The notes beneath the pieces are model-generated. The model was not told where the DNA came from. It was given only the letters and a program-made list of their open reading frames with translations, and made no database searches. From positions 209 through 64,208 of the forward strand of contig DASXIR010000153.1 of assembly GCA_036497895.1 (NCBI GenBank): a DNA stretch of 64,000 bases, given 5' to 3'. Position 1 is the first letter of the stretch; the number at the start of each line of letters is the position of its first letter. The DNA comes from Vicinamibacterales bacterium. GTDB lineage: Bacteria > Acidobacteriota > Vicinamibacteria > Vicinamibacterales > CAVVIG01. Position numbers and translations under genes: made by a program. Positions 60,879 through 64,000 of this stretch are shown here, one piece after another.

Positions 60879-61862
60879 CTAAGGCAGAGTCGGGCTTGAT
60901 TGCCCCGCGATATACCCACTCCGGGCGCGAACAGTGAGGTCTTTGTTGCGCGCCCGAACGACGAGCGAATGCCAGCCCGGATGGCCGCTCGATTCGAACG
61001 CGATGAGGTACTGATGCCGCAGCTCGTCGATGATTTGCCGCGCCGCGGCGCTGCGTTGCCCCGGCGTGCTCGCCACGAACACGTGACCGCCGGTCCAGGC
61101 GGCGAGATCCGAAAGCGGACCGGCGAATGCTGAACGCTCGATCGAACTGGTAGCGGTATCGGCGGACGGATTGTCAATCGATGGAACGATGCCGAAGATG
61201 TAGACCGGCACGTCGATCTCGCTGGCGATGGCCGACACTTCGGATGGCTTCAGACGGCTCGAGTTGTCGGCTCCGTCGGTGAGCACGACCACCGCGCGGC
61301 GGCGTCCTTCGCGCTTGCCGGCCATACGCGCGGTAGCCGCAATCGCGTCGTGCAGAGAGGTTTCGCCGAACGGCACGACGCTGGTGAGCGCATCCGGCAG
61401 CGTGCGCAGGCCGGTGGTGAACGGCACGCGTTCATCGAGATGCGTGTCGAAGGTGAAGACGGCAGCCTCGTCCCTCGCTGGATCCGTCCAGCTCAGAACG
61501 TGGTTCGCTGCCTCGCGGGCGTTCGGCAGATGCCCTTCCATACTGCCGCTGACGTCGAATAACAGCGCGACGCTGACGCCGACCTGATCGGCACGGAAGT
61601 CAGTGATGGCGCGCGGGCTCCCGGAATCGAGAATTTCGAAGTCGCGCATCGTCAGGTCCTGAACGAAACGCCCCTTGTGGTCGCGCACGATGGCGGCAAC
61701 CCGCACCATGTCGACGCCACCCTTGAACACCGGGGCGGGATCCTGCGGGACGCGGTCCCGTGCCTCGAGCCCGTTTAGGCCGAATGCTGCCGTCAGCAGC
61801 GTTGCGCCGATGATGAGCTTGCCGCGCGCCATCGGCATCCTTAGGTCCAAGTTCCTTGCCAT
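60879..61862 (-). CDS. VWA-domain protein (acidobacterial VWFA-related type)
   Basis: VSVALLFDVSGSM (the MIDAS DxSxS motif) and VVVLTDGADNSS. The overall layout is like the 'VWFA-related Acidobacterial domain' family (from memory). Alternative starts lie at 61838 and 61832. Confidence 0.8.
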   Translation of the reverse strand: MARNLDLRMPMARGKLIIGATLLTAAFGLNGLEARDRVPQDPAPVFKGGVDMVRVAAIVRDHKGRFVQDLTMRDFEILDSGSPRAITDFRADQVGVSVALLFDVSGSMEGHLPNAREAANHVLSWTDPARDEAAVFTFDTHLDERVPFTTGLRTLPDALTSVVPFGETSLHDAIAATARMAGKREGRRRAVVVLTDGADNSSRLKPSEVSAIASEIDVPVYIFGIVPSIDNPSADTATSSIERSAFAGPLSDLAAWTGGHVFVASTPGQRSAAARQIIDELRHQYLIAFESSGHPGWHSLVVRARNKDLTVRARSGYIAGQSSPTLP

Positions 61863-62023
61863 ATAGGTTAAGTCTCTGTCTTCTAGGTGTTTATCGGAAC
61901 GGACTCAGCTTTAGCACGGACGCGCTGAGCCGTTAGTCGAGTAATAGTTACTCAAATTAGTGGTTAACAGCCGGGTAGCCAGTGCGTAAGATCTACCGAC
62001 GCGCGCTCGGGTAAGATCCGGCA

Positions 62024-63238
62024 GTGAGCTCCACGAAATCCGCCGCACCCATCCAGACCGCCGGTCGCGTTGACCGATTTACTTACGCCATCCGCAATAT
62101 CGTCGCGGAAGCCCAAAAGGTTGAGGCTGCCGGCACCAAGGTTCGATACCTCAATATCGGCGACCCGGTCGCGTTCGGGTTCAAAACCCCGCCGCACCTG
62201 GTCGAGGCGGTGGCGAACGCGCTCCGCGATGGGATCAGTAATTATGGACCATCCGCCGGCATTCCAGCCGCGCGCGAAGCTGTCGCCAGGGAATACACGG
62301 CGAACGGTTTCCCGGTCTCGGCGGATCGCGTGTTCGTCACTGCCGGCACATCAGAAGGTATCGAGCTCGCGCTCAGCGCCATCCTCGATGCCGGCAGCGA
62401 AGTGCTGCTGCCGATGCCGACTTACCCGTTGTATCCGGCGGTCCTCGCCAAACTCGACGCCAAAGCGCAGTACTACCGGCTCGACCCCTCGGCCGGATGG
62501 ATGCCGGATCTCGATCATCTGAAACAGCTGGTGACGCCGGCTACCCGCGCACTGGTGGTGATCGATCCGAACAACCCTACCGGCGCCGTCTACCCGGCGG
62601 CCACGCGTCGCGCGCTGCTCGAGTTCGCCGAGCAACACGGACTGCTCGTCCTCGCCGACGAGGTTTATGGCGATCTGGGCTTCGCCGGCGCCATCCCGCC
62701 CTACGGTCTGCTCGACCCGGACGCGCCGATCATTTCGTTCTCCAGCCTGTCGAAGGCGTATCTCGCGCCCGGGTGGCGCACCGGCTGGATGGCGATCGGC
62801 CGCTCGCCCCGACTGGATGCCGTCGTGACGGCAGTGAGGAAGCTGACTGACGGCCGGCTCTGCAGCGTCGTGCCGATGCAGTACGCGATCGCGCCGGCAA
62901 TCGACGGCGACCGATCGCATCAGGTCTCCTTCCGGCAAGCGCTGAAAGCACGCGCCGACCTCACCGTCTCGCGGCTCTGCGCGATGCCAGGCGTCAGCTG
63001 CGTTGCACCAACGGCGGCGTTCTACGCCATGCCGCAAGTGACGCTGCCGAAAGGCAGGACCGACGAGGATTACGTCAGGGGCTTGTTACACGCGACCGGC
63101 GTGCTGTGCGTGTACGGCTCCGGCTTCGGCCTTCCTGCCGATCAGGGATTCCTGCGGATCGTGTTCCTGGCGTCGCTCGACGAGCTGAACACGATTTACG
63201 ATCTGATGGCCCAGTTCACGGCACAGTATCTGCAATAG
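62024..63238 (+). CDS. PLP-dependent aminotransferase (AlaA/alanine transaminase-like)
   Basis: 404 aa, GTG start. YLNIGDP, VVIDPNNPTGAVY and SFSSLSKAYLAPGWRTGW. Confidence 0.85.
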   Translation: MSSTKSAAPIQTAGRVDRFTYAIRNIVAEAQKVEAAGTKVRYLNIGDPVAFGFKTPPHLVEAVANALRDGISNYGPSAGIPAAREAVAREYTANGFPVSADRVFVTAGTSEGIELALSAILDAGSEVLLPMPTYPLYPAVLAKLDAKAQYYRLDPSAGWMPDLDHLKQLVTPATRALVVIDPNNPTGAVYPAATRRALLEFAEQHGLLVLADEVYGDLGFAGAIPPYGLLDPDAPIISFSSLSKAYLAPGWRTGWMAIGRSPRLDAVVTAVRKLTDGRLCSVVPMQYAIAPAIDGDRSHQVSFRQALKARADLTVSRLCAMPGVSCVAPTAAFYAMPQVTLPKGRTDEDYVRGLLHATGVLCVYGSGFGLPADQGFLRIVFLASLDELNTIYDLMAQFTAQYLQ

Positions 63239-63252
63239 CGGGTAGTCAGCCC

Positions 63253-64000
63253 GTGTCCGAACATCGTGACTTCTCGCGGCGCATGTTCCAGACCGTGCTC
63301 ACGGTCGCCGGCGCCGCGATCCTGATCGCGGTTCTGTGGGTGGCCCGCGACGCGCTGCTGCTGATTTACGTCAGCGCGCTGCTCGCGATGGGCATCTCGC
63401 CGCTGGTGCGGCTGCTCGAGCGTCCATCGCGCGGGAGTCGCAGACGCTTCCGGCTGCCACGCTGGCTGGCCATCCTCGCCATCTATCTCGGCGTCATCGG
63501 CGTCATGACCGTTCTCGGTCTGCTGATCGTTCCACCCCTGGTCACGCAAGCCAGCGCCTTGTGGCGAAAGCTGCCTGACGAATTGAACCGCCTCCAGGGA
63601 TTCCTGATCGAACACGGACTCATGGCGCGCAGCATTACCCTTGCGGAGGCTGTATCGCAGGCGCCATCCGGGGCGGGATCGGACGCGGTCGGCACCGTGC
63701 TGATCGCGGTATCGAGCGTCATCAGCAGCGTGTTCGCGCTGATCACAATCCTGATCCTCAGCTTCTATCTGTCGGTTGAATCGGAGGCCATGTTCGAATA
63801 CCTGGCACGGTTCATTCCAGCCGGGCGCCGCGGCGACGTCGCCACCGCGGCAAAGGAAGCGGTGCAGAAGGTCAGCGCATGGCTGGGCGCGCAGTTGCTG
63901 CTGGCGGGCGTCATGGGCACGTTCGCCGCCATCGGCCTGGGATTGATGAAGGTCCCGTACTTCTACGTCATCGCCCTGATCGCGGCGATCGGCGAGACCA
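63253..64000 (+). CDS. AI-2E (PerM/YhhT) family transporter, 5' partial (runs off the window)
   Basis: Hand translation from GTG 63253: VSEHRDFSRRMFQTVLTVAGAAILIAVLWVARDALLLIYVSALLAMGISPLV..AWLGAQLLLAGVMG. This is the typical AI-2E N-terminal TM pattern. It is absent from the track because there is no stop in the window. Confidence 0.65.
   Translation, partial: MSEHRDFSRRMFQTVLTVAGAAILIAVLWVARDALLLIYVSALLAMGISPLVRLLERPSRGSRRRFRLPRWLAILAIYLGVIGVMTVLGLLIVPPLVTQASALWRKLPDELNRLQGFLIEHGLMARSITLAEAVSQAPSGAGSDAVGTVLIAVSSVISSVFALITILILSFYLSVESEAMFEYLARFIPAGRRGDVATAAKEAVQKVSAWLGAQLLLAGVMGTFAAIGLGLMKVPYFYVIALIAAIGET

Overview
High-GC bacterial chromosomal window. 60-nt lines I counted in genes gave 70-78 % G+C. 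By inference it is Acidobacteriota-like: a VWFA protein of the acidobacterial type, several ASPIC/UnbV beta-propeller proteins, and many TAT and lipoprotein signals. I support about 50 CDSs. I recognised no rRNA, tRNA, CRISPR array, transposase, integrase or phage gene.

Layout:
(i) 0-12.6 kb: minus-strand housekeeping genes (DUF1015, M23 and M28 peptidases, malQ, aminotransferase, HEAT-cyclophilin, M49 peptidase, beta-CASP MBL hydrolase).
(ii) 12.9-18.6 kb: a PaoABC-like periplasmic molybdenum oxidoreductase operon (TAT 2Fe-2S subunit, Moco subunit, FAD subunit), extended by a cytochrome b and a 135-aa unknown. It sits behind a lower-GC structured leader.
(iii) 18.6-20.0 kb: an ORF-poor, lower-GC island with a 42/43-nt direct repeat.
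(iv) 20.0-50.5 kb: the most interesting part, a tightly packed accessory supercluster in which most gene types occur twice. These are an ABC1/UbiB kinase, an ABC1-derived pseudokinase, a CxxC thioredoxin-like protein, a CRTAC1/ASPIC-UnbV propeller, a DUF1702/UnbL-like protein and an unassigned 'REIGSKY' domain. Single-copy genes are interleaved: a WxWxIP flavin halogenase, a carotenoid-cleavage oxygenase, DinB, a BBE-type FAD oxidase, a TauE-like exporter, a ClC channel, an outer-membrane barrel and an ABC transporter with no binding protein. No PKS or NRPS core is present.
(v) 50.5-64 kb: mixed metabolism and envelope genes.

A second recurring signal is a set of five short tandem arrays of 7-8-nt units in intergenic or leader positions. 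Two of them carry anti-Shine-Dalgarno-like CACCTC units and one carries SD-like TGAGGATT units.

All family calls come from motifs read by eye and from memory. No database search was run.
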